The notes under the pieces were generated by a model. It had not been told where the DNA came from. It saw only the letters and a list, made by a program, of their open reading frames with translations, and did no database searches. A DNA stretch of 64,000 bases, from positions 436,790-500,789 of the forward strand of contig OY970314.1 in NCBI GenBank assembly GCA_963716475.1, read 5' to 3'. How positions within the stretch are numbered: the first letter of the stretch is position 1; every line of letters starts with the position of its first letter. Positions 9,952 to 19,161 of this stretch are shown here, in pieces. Both the position numbers and the translations under genes were made by a program. This stretch comes from Candidatus Woesebacteria bacterium. Its GTDB lineage: Bacteria > Patescibacteriota > Microgenomatia > UBA8517.

Positions 9952-10895
9952 TACCCGCTAAGTATACCTGATAGGAATCCTCCAATCACGGCCATATCTG
10001 AAGTTATTTGAATAATCGGTCCCCAAAGTGCCACTTTCCAGTCCCCAAATTCCAAAAAAACTTTTCTGTATGCCCAAATTAAATACAACAAAAATAATAC
10101 TATCAAAGCGGGGAGTAAGACATGATATTTAAACGATAAAACTAATATAGTCAGGCCTAAAACATACCTAAACATGATAAATAATGCCTTAATATTGTGC
10201 GACTCAAGACCTTTTCCCGGAAATAACCAAATTTTTGTCAAAGCATCTCCTCTTGCATAGCCAAACACTTTATTAAAAAACTCGCTTAGCTTATCCGGCA
10301 TCCCCCACTCTACCGTTGCATCTTTCACGCGTGAAATCTTTGCGCCAGTTTTTATTAGTTTCTTATTAAACATCGTATCCTCCACGGTTCCCTCTAAATT
10401 TTCGGGAAATCCCCCAAGTTCTTCCCAAATCTTTTTTGTAAATGCAAGTGAACGGGATGATGGCAGAAATCTATTGTTAAACTTTCCGGGTCTAACACCT
10501 AAATATACTGATTCTGCTTTTTGAAGCGCAGAGCCACCTGTCATTCTGTAAAAACCGGCAGAAACATCAACTCTTCCTGTTAAAAATGGAGCAGTAATTT
10601 TCTTTAACCAGTTTTTATCGGCGACACATCCCGCGTCCGTCGTGGCAATAACGTCTCCCTCCGCTATATCTACACCTATATTTCTGCCTTGCGCCCGCGT
10701 GCTTTTTTCAACCAGAAGTTTGATGCCGCCGTATTTCTTTTGATAATGGTGAATTATTTCAATGGTTTTATCCTTTGACCCGCCATCCACAATAATAATC
10801 TCTTTCGCCTTCTTGGATTGATTAAGTAAAGAGTCCAATAGAGAGGCTATTACTCCCTCTTCATTTAACGTGATTATACAAATTGAGATATTCAT
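9951..10895 (-). CDS. Family-2 glycosyltransferase with C-terminal membrane anchor
   Basis: SICIITLNEE...IIVDGGSKDKT...TTDAG(C) DxD-like GT2 signature, followed by two C-terminal hydrophobic helices. Confidence 0.7.
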   Translation of the reverse strand: MNISICIITLNEEGVIASLLDSLLNQSKKAKEIIIVDGGSKDKTIEIIHHYQKKYGGIKLLVEKSTRAQGRNIGVDIAEGDVIATTDAGCVADKNWLKKITAPFLTGRVDVSAGFYRMTGGSALQKAESVYLGVRPGKFNNRFLPSSRSLAFTKKIWEELGGFPENLEGTVEDTMFNKKLIKTGAKISRVKDATVEWGMPDKLSEFFNKVFGYARGDALTKIWLFPGKGLESHNIKALFIMFRYVLGLTILVLSFKYHVLLPALIVLFLLYLIWAYRKVFLEFGDWKVALWGPIIQITSDMAVIGGFLSGILSG

Positions 10896-11727
10896 CGGCT
10901 AATTTATCCCAAGTCTGCAACTTGGCCCATTTCTCAACATCTTTTCTTACAAACGGTGACATTTTCCAATAATCTTCTTTAATTTTATTGTTCCAGAATA
11001 ATTTTAACTTGCAACCGTATGATAAAGCTTCCAAAGCCGCTAGATAACCTCCTGGCGTACAATACACAGCTTTTTTATAATATGGTATCGGGTCAGTAAA
11101 TCCATGTACCTCTCCATAATTCTCACATTGTCCTCTCAAATCTCCGTCTCCGCAAAAATCAACTTGATATTGCGGGTTTTCCTTCAACCAATCAAGAAAT
11201 TTCAATAATCCTGTATTCTCCTCCAACCTTCCTACATAAACTATAGAGTTCTTAACTCTGGCTGTCTTGATATGTACAGTTGCGGTAGCACCATATGTAA
11301 TTAAATCAAATTTAATTCGTAAATATTTCTCAAGAAATTTCCCTACGCCAACGCTACCAGTCGAAAGTTTAGCAGCTATTCTTTTTTGCCAAATACCCAT
11401 CTTGGAAAGAGGGTTATCCCATTCTAAGCCATGAATTGTCGTAAATACGGGCTTTTCTGGATACAATAACCTGAATGGAAAATACCAAATGAAAACATCA
11501 TGGATATGAACAATATCTGTTTTTTTGATTAGATTTCGGTTTTTAAATAACCAAATCCAAATAAAAATTATACCTAACAACTTAATACGAGGGTATTTAA
11601 TATTCGCCTCTGATATAACGGTTACCTTGTTCCCCTTTTTCTTTAATATTTTGCCAATTTCCTCGACATGCTTTTCTACCCCGCCAATATTTGGGTAGTA
11701 GAGCCGTGTTATAAAAAGTATCTTCAT
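10861..11727 (-). CDS. GT4-family (group 1) glycosyltransferase
   Basis: N-terminus KILFITRLYYPNIGGVEKHV is typical of GT4/GT-B enzymes. 288 aa. Confidence 0.55.
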   Translation of the reverse strand: MKILFITRLYYPNIGGVEKHVEEIGKILKKKGNKVTVISEANIKYPRIKLLGIIFIWIWLFKNRNLIKKTDIVHIHDVFIWYFPFRLLYPEKPVFTTIHGLEWDNPLSKMGIWQKRIAAKLSTGSVGVGKFLEKYLRIKFDLITYGATATVHIKTARVKNSIVYVGRLEENTGLLKFLDWLKENPQYQVDFCGDGDLRGQCENYGEVHGFTDPIPYYKKAVYCTPGGYLAALEALSYGCKLKLFWNNKIKEDYWKMSPFVRKDVEKWAKLQTWDKLADEYLNLYNHVK

Positions 11728-12410
11728 TTCTTTTTACAAAAAACTATCAAAAGGTTTGGTTTTCTATACCAAGGAATCAGTTTAACTATAATGCTCTTAA
11801 TCGTAAAGAAGTTACGGAAAGCGAAAATAAATTCGGACTCTTCAATGACGAATCCGGCAGATTCTAATTCTTTCTTCAAAATATATAAGTTGTATTCTCG
11901 CACATGTCTACTATAGTTTTTCCCTTCTCTGTTCAATTTTTCAAGATTTTCGTTAAGGGGAACGGAAACCACAAGACTTCCGTGTTTTTTTGTAACACGA
12001 TTTATTTCTTTTAGTGCTTTTATTAGATCCTTTTCGTAGATATGCTCAAGAACGTCGAGCACAGCTACTGTATCAAAAAATGATGTCTTGAATGGAAGTT
12101 TGGATACACCTGCGACATAAAACTTTCCATTCAATGTTTTCTTGGCATTTTTAATTGATTTTGAAGAAATGTCTACACCATAAACTTCAATTGGTAACTT
12201 TGATTTAATTAAGTCTCTCTCCAAATTTCCTGCACCAATACCGATGTCAAGAAATTTCCCGGGGTTCCTTTTGAGAAAATGGATAACACTTTTAATTTTC
12301 TTAATATAAAAAGGGCCCTTTATGAGTACATCATTTTTCTCAAACAATAGTTTGTCCCACACTTTTGGTGTGTTTGGGTTTTTCATATATTTATACTCGA
12401 AGTTTACCAC
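11724..12410 (-). CDS. Class I SAM-dependent methyltransferase
   Basis: FLDIGIGAGNL motif I and VLDVLEHI post-II motif. 228 aa. Last gene of the minus-strand glycan operon. Confidence 0.6.
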   Translation of the reverse strand: MVNFEYKYMKNPNTPKVWDKLLFEKNDVLIKGPFYIKKIKSVIHFLKRNPGKFLDIGIGAGNLERDLIKSKLPIEVYGVDISSKSIKNAKKTLNGKFYVAGVSKLPFKTSFFDTVAVLDVLEHIYEKDLIKALKEINRVTKKHGSLVVSVPLNENLEKLNREGKNYSRHVREYNLYILKKELESAGFVIEESEFIFAFRNFFTIKSIIVKLIPWYRKPNLLIVFCKKK

Positions 12411-12845
12411 AAAATAGTTTGATTTAGCTTCACAAACTCCTTTAAAGTCTCATCCGTATAAATCAATAATATTTCAAAAGTGACAATGTATATTAATGTC
12501 CAAAAAGAAATTTGGATATAGGGAGATTATTCCTCAGAATTAATAACCTCCTCGTTAGGACTTGGTTTTAGGGCTTCAAAAGCTTTGTATACATAACAAA
12601 AGTATTTGATGGTGACCCTTTCGTAACCAAAAAAACCAATACATTAGACTGGATAGCGTAAACGCCCTAGAGTTGGATAAATGTCTTGGTAAGGAAGCAA
12701 AAGCAGATATGGAAAAACTTATATTAAATAAAAAGGTTTTCATAACAGTAACACCCTCGTTCAACCTTATTCAGGTGATAAATAGTTTCATACCTACGAT
12801 ATTGTATATTGACAATATATTCAAGATAGTTAAAACTTATTACGT

Positions 12846-14567
12846 ATGTATTCGAAACATAGATACTTATTCACACTTTTACTGGTTGGAATCTTAGGCC
12901 TAGTTATCCCCTCATCAGTTTCCGCATGCACCTATAATTCAACCATAACGGGAAACCATTTAGATATTCAGGTGCAAAATAATGATTGGCCAAATTTAGG
13001 GGTCCTTGAAATCATAAGTTTTTCGCATACTGCTATATGGGAGAAAATGTATCAGCCGTCCGGAGTAAATTGGGTTACAACATGGGATAATCTAGGTAAC
13101 AATATGTATTTTGGATTAATCGGAGGCTTAAACGGAGATACTGCATATTGGGGATTTAATGCGTTGACTGTTACAACAATTACTATCCCATATGGAGTTT
13201 ATGGAGTTGATTTTATTGGGTCACTATCTCATCAGGATTATTATATTCAAATGAACCACCCTGAAGATTTTGGATCAAATTATTTTGTTTGTACTCGAAA
13301 TGGAGAAGTGATTAATCAAAATTTAGTCACTCCTACGAAAGTTATTTTTGTACCTGGATTGGGGGCAAGCTGGAATGCAAATGCTATCTTGAATTGTACA
13401 AAGGACACTAACTCCAGCTGGACTCTTGCACCTTTTGCAGAAGATATTTACAACCCAGTTATCCAGGCAATAAATGAATATGGTTGGACTACTATACCCT
13501 TTTACTATGATTGGAGAAACCCTGTTTTACAAAATTCCAAACAGCTGGCAAGCTTTATTGATCAAAACTCCATGGCAGAAGAGATGGTAAACCTAGTAGG
13601 CCACAGTATGGGAGGACTTATCGGGAGAGGATACCTAGAGGCCTCTAGCGGAGGAAAACTTTCAAGCCTTTTAACCGTTGGTAGTCCGCATAAGGGTTCT
13701 GCCCTCGCCTACCCACCTTGGGCCGGTGGAGAGATCTGGAACGACAACTTTTTGATAAAAATTGCGATGACTCTCTACCTCAAGCATTGCGGTGGAATAC
13801 CCGCAACTGATAAAGATATTATTCATTATGAACTCCCTTCTGTCAAAGATCTCTTACCGACCGATCCATATCTACAAAAAAATAAAATAGCAGATCTTTA
13901 TCTGCCGACAAATCCTGAGAACAAAAATGATTGGTTAAATAATTTATCTTCTAAATCTTGGGGGGTAAGACTGGGTTACATAGCGGGAACCAGTTTTAAT
14001 ACTTTAAAGATAATCCAAACAAAAGATCCCAATAAAAAAGATTTTTATCTCGGTATTTGGGTCGATGGGAAACCAACCGGAAAAACATTTTCACCGGATG
14101 GTGATGGGACAGTATTATCAAGTAGCGCAATATTACCTAATGCAAGTTTCAGCGCCACAATAGACCAAACCCATACTGGCTTAGTGACTTCTGCCGAAGG
14201 TGTGGCCAAAATATTGGAATTTTTAGGTAAAACCGAAACTGTAACCACCCAACCGACATCACATTTAAACACTGTTGAACCAAACTCGGCACTCATAATT
14301 ATTGGCTATCCTGCCGATTTTACAGTTACGGACAAAAACGGAAAATCCAAAATGGACAAAGACGGTATGATTAGCTTCATGAACCCAGAGTCGGGATCGT
14401 ACAAGTTAAATCTTATTCCCAAGTCAAATAACACACTTTTTATAGTTACTCAATTTTTGCCAAATGGAAATGTAAAGTATAAAGAATACAATTTCGAAGG
14501 GTTTGGACCGAAGTTCAAAACAGTATTATTCGATCCCCTAAACCCAGTTGATGACCCGCTTTACTAA
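12846..14567 (+). CDS. Secreted alpha/beta-hydrolase, lipase/acyltransferase-like (GHSMGG nucleophile elbow; PGAP1/LCAT-like) with extra N- and C-terminal beta-rich domains
   Basis: N-terminal signal peptide MYSKHRYLFTLLLVGILGLVIPSSVSA. Central LVGHSMGGLIGRGY lipase pentapeptide. About 200 aa of non-catalytic C-terminal sequence. 573 aa. Confidence 0.6.
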   Translation: MYSKHRYLFTLLLVGILGLVIPSSVSACTYNSTITGNHLDIQVQNNDWPNLGVLEIISFSHTAIWEKMYQPSGVNWVTTWDNLGNNMYFGLIGGLNGDTAYWGFNALTVTTITIPYGVYGVDFIGSLSHQDYYIQMNHPEDFGSNYFVCTRNGEVINQNLVTPTKVIFVPGLGASWNANAILNCTKDTNSSWTLAPFAEDIYNPVIQAINEYGWTTIPFYYDWRNPVLQNSKQLASFIDQNSMAEEMVNLVGHSMGGLIGRGYLEASSGGKLSSLLTVGSPHKGSALAYPPWAGGEIWNDNFLIKIAMTLYLKHCGGIPATDKDIIHYELPSVKDLLPTDPYLQKNKIADLYLPTNPENKNDWLNNLSSKSWGVRLGYIAGTSFNTLKIIQTKDPNKKDFYLGIWVDGKPTGKTFSPDGDGTVLSSSAILPNASFSATIDQTHTGLVTSAEGVAKILEFLGKTETVTTQPTSHLNTVEPNSALIIIGYPADFTVTDKNGKSKMDKDGMISFMNPESGSYKLNLIPKSNNTLFIVTQFLPNGNVKYKEYNFEGFGPKFKTVLFDPLNPVDDPLY

Positions 14568-15229
14568 CTCTTTATCCAATTTTTGTAGTTTTTGTAAAGT
14601 CTGGGGAGTTCGACAAAAACTACCACTCCAAGCACGATTGCATAAGAAATAATTGCAAAAGAATAAAAAGGTTGAACCCTGAAATCAGTCCCGATCAAAA
14701 ATCCGTGGAGTCCGACAATCAGAAAAACCGCATAATTAATTACGTGGAGTTTTCTCCAGTTTGCTCTCATCCATGGGGTAGCTTTCCTAAAAATCCCGGC
14801 AAAAACCGTAATTGATAAAAGCCAAAAAGAAATTCTTCCCAAAGTGTAGTAGTAGTCAATCCGGCTTTGACAAAGCAAACAAACGTCTACAAAAACAAAA
14901 TAGGGATTCCAGCCGATTCCTGCGAAATGATTAAAAACCATAAAAGTTAAAGGGTGCAATAACGCCAGAGAATAAATTATTACTCCTTCAATTACGTGAT
15001 ACTTAAAAACCCATTCCCCTATTATTTTCTGTAGTTTATCCATAAAAGCTCCCAAGATAAGCTGCACAAAAAGTAAGGTAAAAAGAGTCAGTCCCAGAAT
15101 CCTTTGAATATAGTTGGTTAGTGTCGCAGAATTTTTAAGAACCAAAGAGAGTGGTGTTACCTGAAGAGCAGTTATAGGAACCAATAGCAAAAGTACGATA
15201 ACGAAAGCGAAGAAGATAACCTTTTTCAT
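14564..15229 (-). CDS. Polytopic membrane protein with paired His in helices (ferric-reductase/MsrQ-like heme b domain?)
   Basis: 221 aa, about 6 predicted TM helices. His pairs at HVIEG...LHPL and KLHVIN...GLHGF resemble bis-heme ferric-reductase-like transmembrane components. No partner gene is adjacent. Confidence 0.35.
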   Translation of the reverse strand: MKKVIFFAFVIVLLLLVPITALQVTPLSLVLKNSATLTNYIQRILGLTLFTLLFVQLILGAFMDKLQKIIGEWVFKYHVIEGVIIYSLALLHPLTFMVFNHFAGIGWNPYFVFVDVCLLCQSRIDYYYTLGRISFWLLSITVFAGIFRKATPWMRANWRKLHVINYAVFLIVGLHGFLIGTDFRVQPFYSFAIISYAIVLGVVVFVELPRLYKNYKNWIKS

Positions 15230-15308
15230 ACTATTTAGTATAACCGTTTTTGTGTGGTCGCACCTGACACAATATTGATTTTCAAACTCGCTATGTTATA
15301 CTCCGCTC

Positions 15309-15560
15309 ATGGCTGAAAAAATCGTTCCGGTTTTTGTAGAAAAGACTGTTCCAAGAGCAGAATGGATCAAAGCTTCCAGATTTGACGACCCCCACTGGCC
15401 TATCAAAAGAAGCTTTGGGGTTTTATTCGAAGCCCGTCAGGTTGATATGGCTGAAAATATCACTTACAAAGTTTGTACAACCTACCCCGGTTGTTCACCT
15501 TGTACAAATTATCCTACATGCCCCATTGTTTCCCTCGTAGAACCAGATATAACCTCTTAA
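15309..15560 (+). CDS. Small Cys-rich hypothetical protein
   Basis: 83-aa ORF ending in CTTYPGCSPCTNYPTCPIV. No recognisable family. May not be expressed. Confidence 0.3.
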   Translation: MAEKIVPVFVEKTVPRAEWIKASRFDDPHWPIKRSFGVLFEARQVDMAENITYKVCTTYPGCSPCTNYPTCPIVSLVEPDITS

Positions 15561-15584
15561 ACTACCTCTTTAAAAATACCAAAG

Positions 15585-15658
15585 TGGTCGCGCCTGGGCT
15601 CGAACCAGGGACCTTACGAATGTGAATCGTACGCTCTAACCAGCTGAGCTACGCGACC
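15585..15658 (-). tRNA. tRNA-Val (anticodon CAC)
   Basis: The reverse complement folds as a canonical cloverleaf. The arms are acceptor GGTCGCG/CGCGACC, D-arm GCTC-AGCTGGTTA-GAGC, anticodon stem TACGA/TCGTA with loop TTCACAT, and T-arm CCTGG-TTCGAGC-CCAGG. The discriminator is A and CCA is not encoded. Confidence 0.85.
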
Positions 15659-16010
15659 GGGTATTAAACTCATATTTTAGCACTCCCGGCAGAATTTATT
15701 GAGACTTGATTCTTTTTCTGACTTGAGAGAATATGGCGCTTGTGGGTAAAGAACACAACGAAAACGAAATAATTCCCGGGGACGCAAAAGATAAACCCTT
15801 TGACCCGACGTCACACCAACCAATTACAATAGAAGTTGACGGTATCGAAACCACTATCACATTTGAAGCTTGGTTAAAGATGTTAAATACGAATGGCCGC
15901 GGTGGTACGTAATTATATGAGGAAAAGTTATTGACACCGGCGACACAACCCTTTAGAGTTAAATGTAATGATTCATACATTGCCTCGCTGAAGGCGGGTC
16001 ATTACGTAAT

Positions 16011-17048
16011 ATGAATCATCAAATCCCACTTGGCCTCTCTTACGATGACATTCTTCTGGTTCCCCAATATTCCGAGATAAAAAGCCGCTCGGATATAGAT
16101 TTATCTGCCCAAATCACACCCAACCTTAAGCTAAACATTCCCCTCATCAGTTCTAATATGAGCAGCATCACCGATTCTAATTTCGCAATTTCACTCGGAA
16201 AACTTGGAGGTTTGGGGGTCCTGCCCCGTTTCATGACTCCACAGGAAGAAGTAAATATGGTAGAGGCAGTTAAAAAAGAAAAAGTTTTAGTCGGCGCCGC
16301 AGTAGGTATAAGGGAAAACAGTTTTGAAAGAGCCAGGCTCTTGGTTTCTGCCGGGGCCGACCTTTTGGTTTTGGATGTAGCCCACGGACATATGTTACAA
16401 ACCATTCAAGCAACAAAAATGCTAAAACAAATATTCGGTAATAAAGTAGGCATTGTTTCCGGCAATGTCGTTACTTATGAAGCCGCTAAAGATTTATTCC
16501 AAGCCGGAGCAGACTGTGTCAAAGTTGGTATTGGTCCCGGTTCGACTTGTATAACCAGAACCGAAACGGGTTGCGGCGTTCCCCAGATCTCAGCTGTGCT
16601 TGCCTGCGCAAAAGCGGCCAGAAAATATCACAAAACGTTAATTTGTGACGGTGGAATGAAAAATTCCGGTGATATCGTCAAAGGTTTAGCCGCCGGTGCC
16701 TCGGCAATAATGACAGGTCATCTCTTTGCCGGTTTGGAAGAAACCGCCGGAAAAATCATTGTCAAAGACGGCAAGAAATATAAAGAGTACAACGGATCAA
16801 CATCGCTTATAGAAAAATCAAGACAATCTCCGAATAGCATCAGCCATATTGAGGGAATAGCAAGTTTTGTTCCATATAAAGGCACTCTTGGTCCGAATTT
16901 GGAAAGAATTTTGGAGAATATCCGCTCCGGTTTTTCCTACACAGGAGCTAAAAACATAAAAGAACTTTGGCGGAGAGCGAAATTCATCAGAGTCTCACCG
17001 ATTGGCATAAAAGAAAACGGGCATCACGATGTAATACTTGCAAGCTAA
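16011..17048 (+). CDS. IMP dehydrogenase/GMP reductase family enzyme lacking CBS domains
   Basis: N-terminus [14 protein letters not shown]. Catalytic loop [20 protein letters not shown]. 345 aa without a CBS pair, which is GuaC-like in size. Confidence 0.75.
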   Translation: MNHQIPLGLSYDDILLVPQYSEIKSRSDIDLSAQITPNLKLNIPLISSNMSSITDSNFAISLGKLGGLGVLPRFMTPQEEVNMVEAVKKEKVLVGAAVGIRENSFERARLLVSAGADLLVLDVAHGHMLQTIQATKMLKQIFGNKVGIVSGNVVTYEAAKDLFQAGADCVKVGIGPGSTCITRTETGCGVPQISAVLACAKAARKYHKTLICDGGMKNSGDIVKGLAAGASAIMTGHLFAGLEETAGKIIVKDGKKYKEYNGSTSLIEKSRQSPNSISHIEGIASFVPYKGTLGPNLERILENIRSGFSYTGAKNIKELWRRAKFIRVSPIGIKENGHHDVILAS

Positions 17049-17064
17049 CCTCTCTTGGTAAATA

Positions 17065-17631
17065 ATGAATGATATGATTAAGCGTTTGGGCGCGTTTTTT
17101 TTGGATGTTTTGGAGGTAGTTGTTTTTGCAGTAGGAATATTCTTCTTTATTTACCTCCTGGTTATGCGTCCGCATAAAATCAGCGGACAATCGATGATGC
17201 CGAATTTTCAGGACGGTGAATTTCTTTTGACCGAAAAAGTTACTTATTATACAAGGAATCCCGAGAGGGGTGATGTTGTGGTCTTTATGCCACCCGTTTC
17301 CGACACGGATGAGTTTATTAAAAGGGTAATAGGCCTTCCAGGAGAAAGAGTCCTGATTAAAGACGGACACGTCTACATAAACGACAAACTACTTCAGGAG
17401 TCTTATATAAATGACGGGGTTATAACTTCCGGAGGACCCTTCCTGGGCGAAGATACGGAGTATGCCGTCCCCCCGGGTCAATATTTTGTTATGGGCGATA
17501 ACCGCCAAAATTCTTCCGACTCGAGATATTGGGGAACTATCACCAAAAAAGTAATAACAGGGCGTGCATGGATATCTTATTGGCCGGTAAACATCTCCGG
17601 AGTGATAAAACAGCCAAGCTATAACTTCTAG
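17065..17631 (+). CDS. lepB: Signal peptidase I
   Basis: N-terminal TM helix, catalytic Ser in SGQSMMPNF, KRVIGLPGE and GDNRQNSSDSRYWG boxes. Confidence 0.8.
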   Translation: MNDMIKRLGAFFLDVLEVVVFAVGIFFFIYLLVMRPHKISGQSMMPNFQDGEFLLTEKVTYYTRNPERGDVVVFMPPVSDTDEFIKRVIGLPGERVLIKDGHVYINDKLLQESYINDGVITSGGPFLGEDTEYAVPPGQYFVMGDNRQNSSDSRYWGTITKKVITGRAWISYWPVNISGVIKQPSYNF

Positions 17632-17636
17632 ATTAT

Positions 17637-18476
17637 TTAACCAGTTACGCCTTTGTATATTTTCTGAAGAGTATTTTCAGTTTCTTCCAAACCACCCTTA
17701 AGAACAAAAATTACCCTTGTCTCTCTTCTGGACCTGATTAGCTTCACTGAATTACTCCGCAAGGCGTCTCCATCCGCATTATTTTTCAAGGCTGTCTCCA
17801 TATCTGCCTGCATTTTGTCGATTTCTTCGGAGATTATTCTTACGTGACCGCTGGGTCTTTCTACTTCCTGCTGGGACTTGACTTTCATTCTTCTTGCAAG
17901 CTCCTCAGCCCTTCTCACGGAGCCACTTTCCCGCAAAATGATCTTATACGCCTCTATCATTAAACTGCTGTCGTCAATCGCAGCCAATGCCCTTGCGTGG
18001 CCCTCGCTTATAAGTCCCGAAAGGAGTCCGTCCTTAAGCGCATCCGGAAGGGATAATAGTCTAAGAGAATTGCTCACATAGGCTACACTTTTGCCAATTC
18101 TCACTGCAATTTCACTGGTTGTCAGACCAAATTCGTTCATTAAACGCTCAAAACCCTTGGCCCTGTCAAGCGGATTAAGGTCAACCCTCTGGACATTTTC
18201 CACAAGAGCCATCTCAAGCATTCCTTTGGGAGAAGTTTCTCTAACTATTGCGGGGACATGGGTGAGCCCGGCCAATTTTGCCGCTCTCCACCGACGCTCC
18301 CCTGCAATAATTTGAAAACCGGCCGGAGTTTTGGCAATAACCAGGGGTTCCAATATTCCGTGCTCGCGGATAGAATCGACCAGATCAACCAGGCTTTCCG
18401 GAGTTATTGCACCACGGGGCTGCAGGGGGTTGGGCTGAAGCTGATTTATCTCTATTTGTATTACTTCCTCTGCCAT
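17637..18476 (-). CDS. parB: ParB/Spo0J-family partition protein
   Basis: ParB N-terminal box IIAGERRWRAAKLAGL followed by an HTH. 279 aa. No parA is adjacent. Confidence 0.75.
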   Translation of the reverse strand: MAEEVIQIEINQLQPNPLQPRGAITPESLVDLVDSIREHGILEPLVIAKTPAGFQIIAGERRWRAAKLAGLTHVPAIVRETSPKGMLEMALVENVQRVDLNPLDRAKGFERLMNEFGLTTSEIAVRIGKSVAYVSNSLRLLSLPDALKDGLLSGLISEGHARALAAIDDSSLMIEAYKIILRESGSVRRAEELARRMKVKSQQEVERPSGHVRIISEEIDKMQADMETALKNNADGDALRSNSVKLIRSRRETRVIFVLKGGLEETENTLQKIYKGVTG

Positions 18477-18477
18477 A

Positions 18478-18729
18478 TTATTCGGAAACTACGCTTATGA
18501 CTTTTTTGCCTAATTTCCTGCTAAACTTTGTCACGCCGTCCATAACAGAATAAAGACCGTGGTCTCTCCCCTCTTTTACACCCGTTCCTTTGGAAAAAAG
18601 CGTTCCTCTTTGTCTGACCAATATCTCTCCTTTGACAACCTTTTCTCCGCCAAAAAGTTTAACTCCTAGTCTTTTGCCTGCGGGACTAACATGTTGTGAA
18701 GCTTTTCCACCTGCTTTATGTGTTGACAT
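18478..18729 (-). CDS. rpmA: 50S ribosomal protein L27
   Basis: MSTHKAGGKA...GKRLGVKLFGGE matches the bL27 consensus. 83 aa. Confidence 0.9.
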   Translation of the reverse strand: MSTHKAGGKASQHVSPAGKRLGVKLFGGEKVVKGEILVRQRGTLFSKGTGVKEGRDHGLYSVMDGVTKFSRKLGKKVISVVSE

Positions 18730-18770
18730 ATTGTTTTATCCGTCAACACTTGCGGTATGTGTTGACATAT
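18716..18770 (-). promoter_or_regulatory. 15-nt direct repeat TATGTGTTGACATAT, two copies, plus inverted partial copy CCGTCAACAC in the rplU-rpmA spacer. The first copy spans the rpmA start codon.
   Basis: Copies read directly in the sequence at 18716-18730 and 18756-18770. The inverted core lies at 18740-18749. Confidence 0.5.
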
Positions 18771-18835
18771 CCTTCGCACAATATAAAGTATGTTTTCACA
18801 GTTGTCAAGAGGTCAGAGAGTTATAGTTTGATACC

Positions 18836-19144
18836 CTAACCAATTCTTTCAACAAGAAGCCTTGTGTATTGGGGTCTGAAACCTGTGTGTCTCTTATATC
18901 TGCTTTTTGCTTTGAATTTGTAAATTTCAATTTTCTCTCCTTTTTCCATTTCAGTTACAACCTTAACCTTTATCTTGGCGTCTTTGATCACGGGTTTACC
19001 CACTTTGACGCTCTCCCCATCGACTAAAAGTAGAGTTTCGATCTCAAATTTCTTGGGGTCAACGAGTCTGTCGACTAGGATTTCCTTACCCTCGGAAACC
19101 CTATATTGTTTTCCGCCGATTCTAACTACCGCGTATTTGTCCAT
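18836..19144 (-). CDS. rplU: 50S ribosomal protein L21
   Basis: MDKYAVVRIGGKQYRVSEG matches the bL21 consensus. 102 aa. Confidence 0.9.
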   Translation of the reverse strand: MDKYAVVRIGGKQYRVSEGKEILVDRLVDPKKFEIETLLLVDGESVKVGKPVIKDAKIKVKVVTEMEKGEKIEIYKFKAKSRYKRHTGFRPQYTRLLVERIG

Positions 19145-19161
19145 AACAGGTTGTATTTTAA

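Noticed and set aside
12576-12897. Two short overlapping ORFs in the divergent promoter region between the methyltransferase and the lipase-like gene
   Set aside because: AT-rich intergenic region with no RBS context or motifs. Likely promoter DNA.
15696-15980. 94-aa minus ORF and a 59-aa plus ORF (15733-15912) between tRNA-Val and the IMPDH-like gene
   Set aside because: Mutually overlapping, no motifs, and the region also carries the leader hairpins. Insufficient support for either as a gene.
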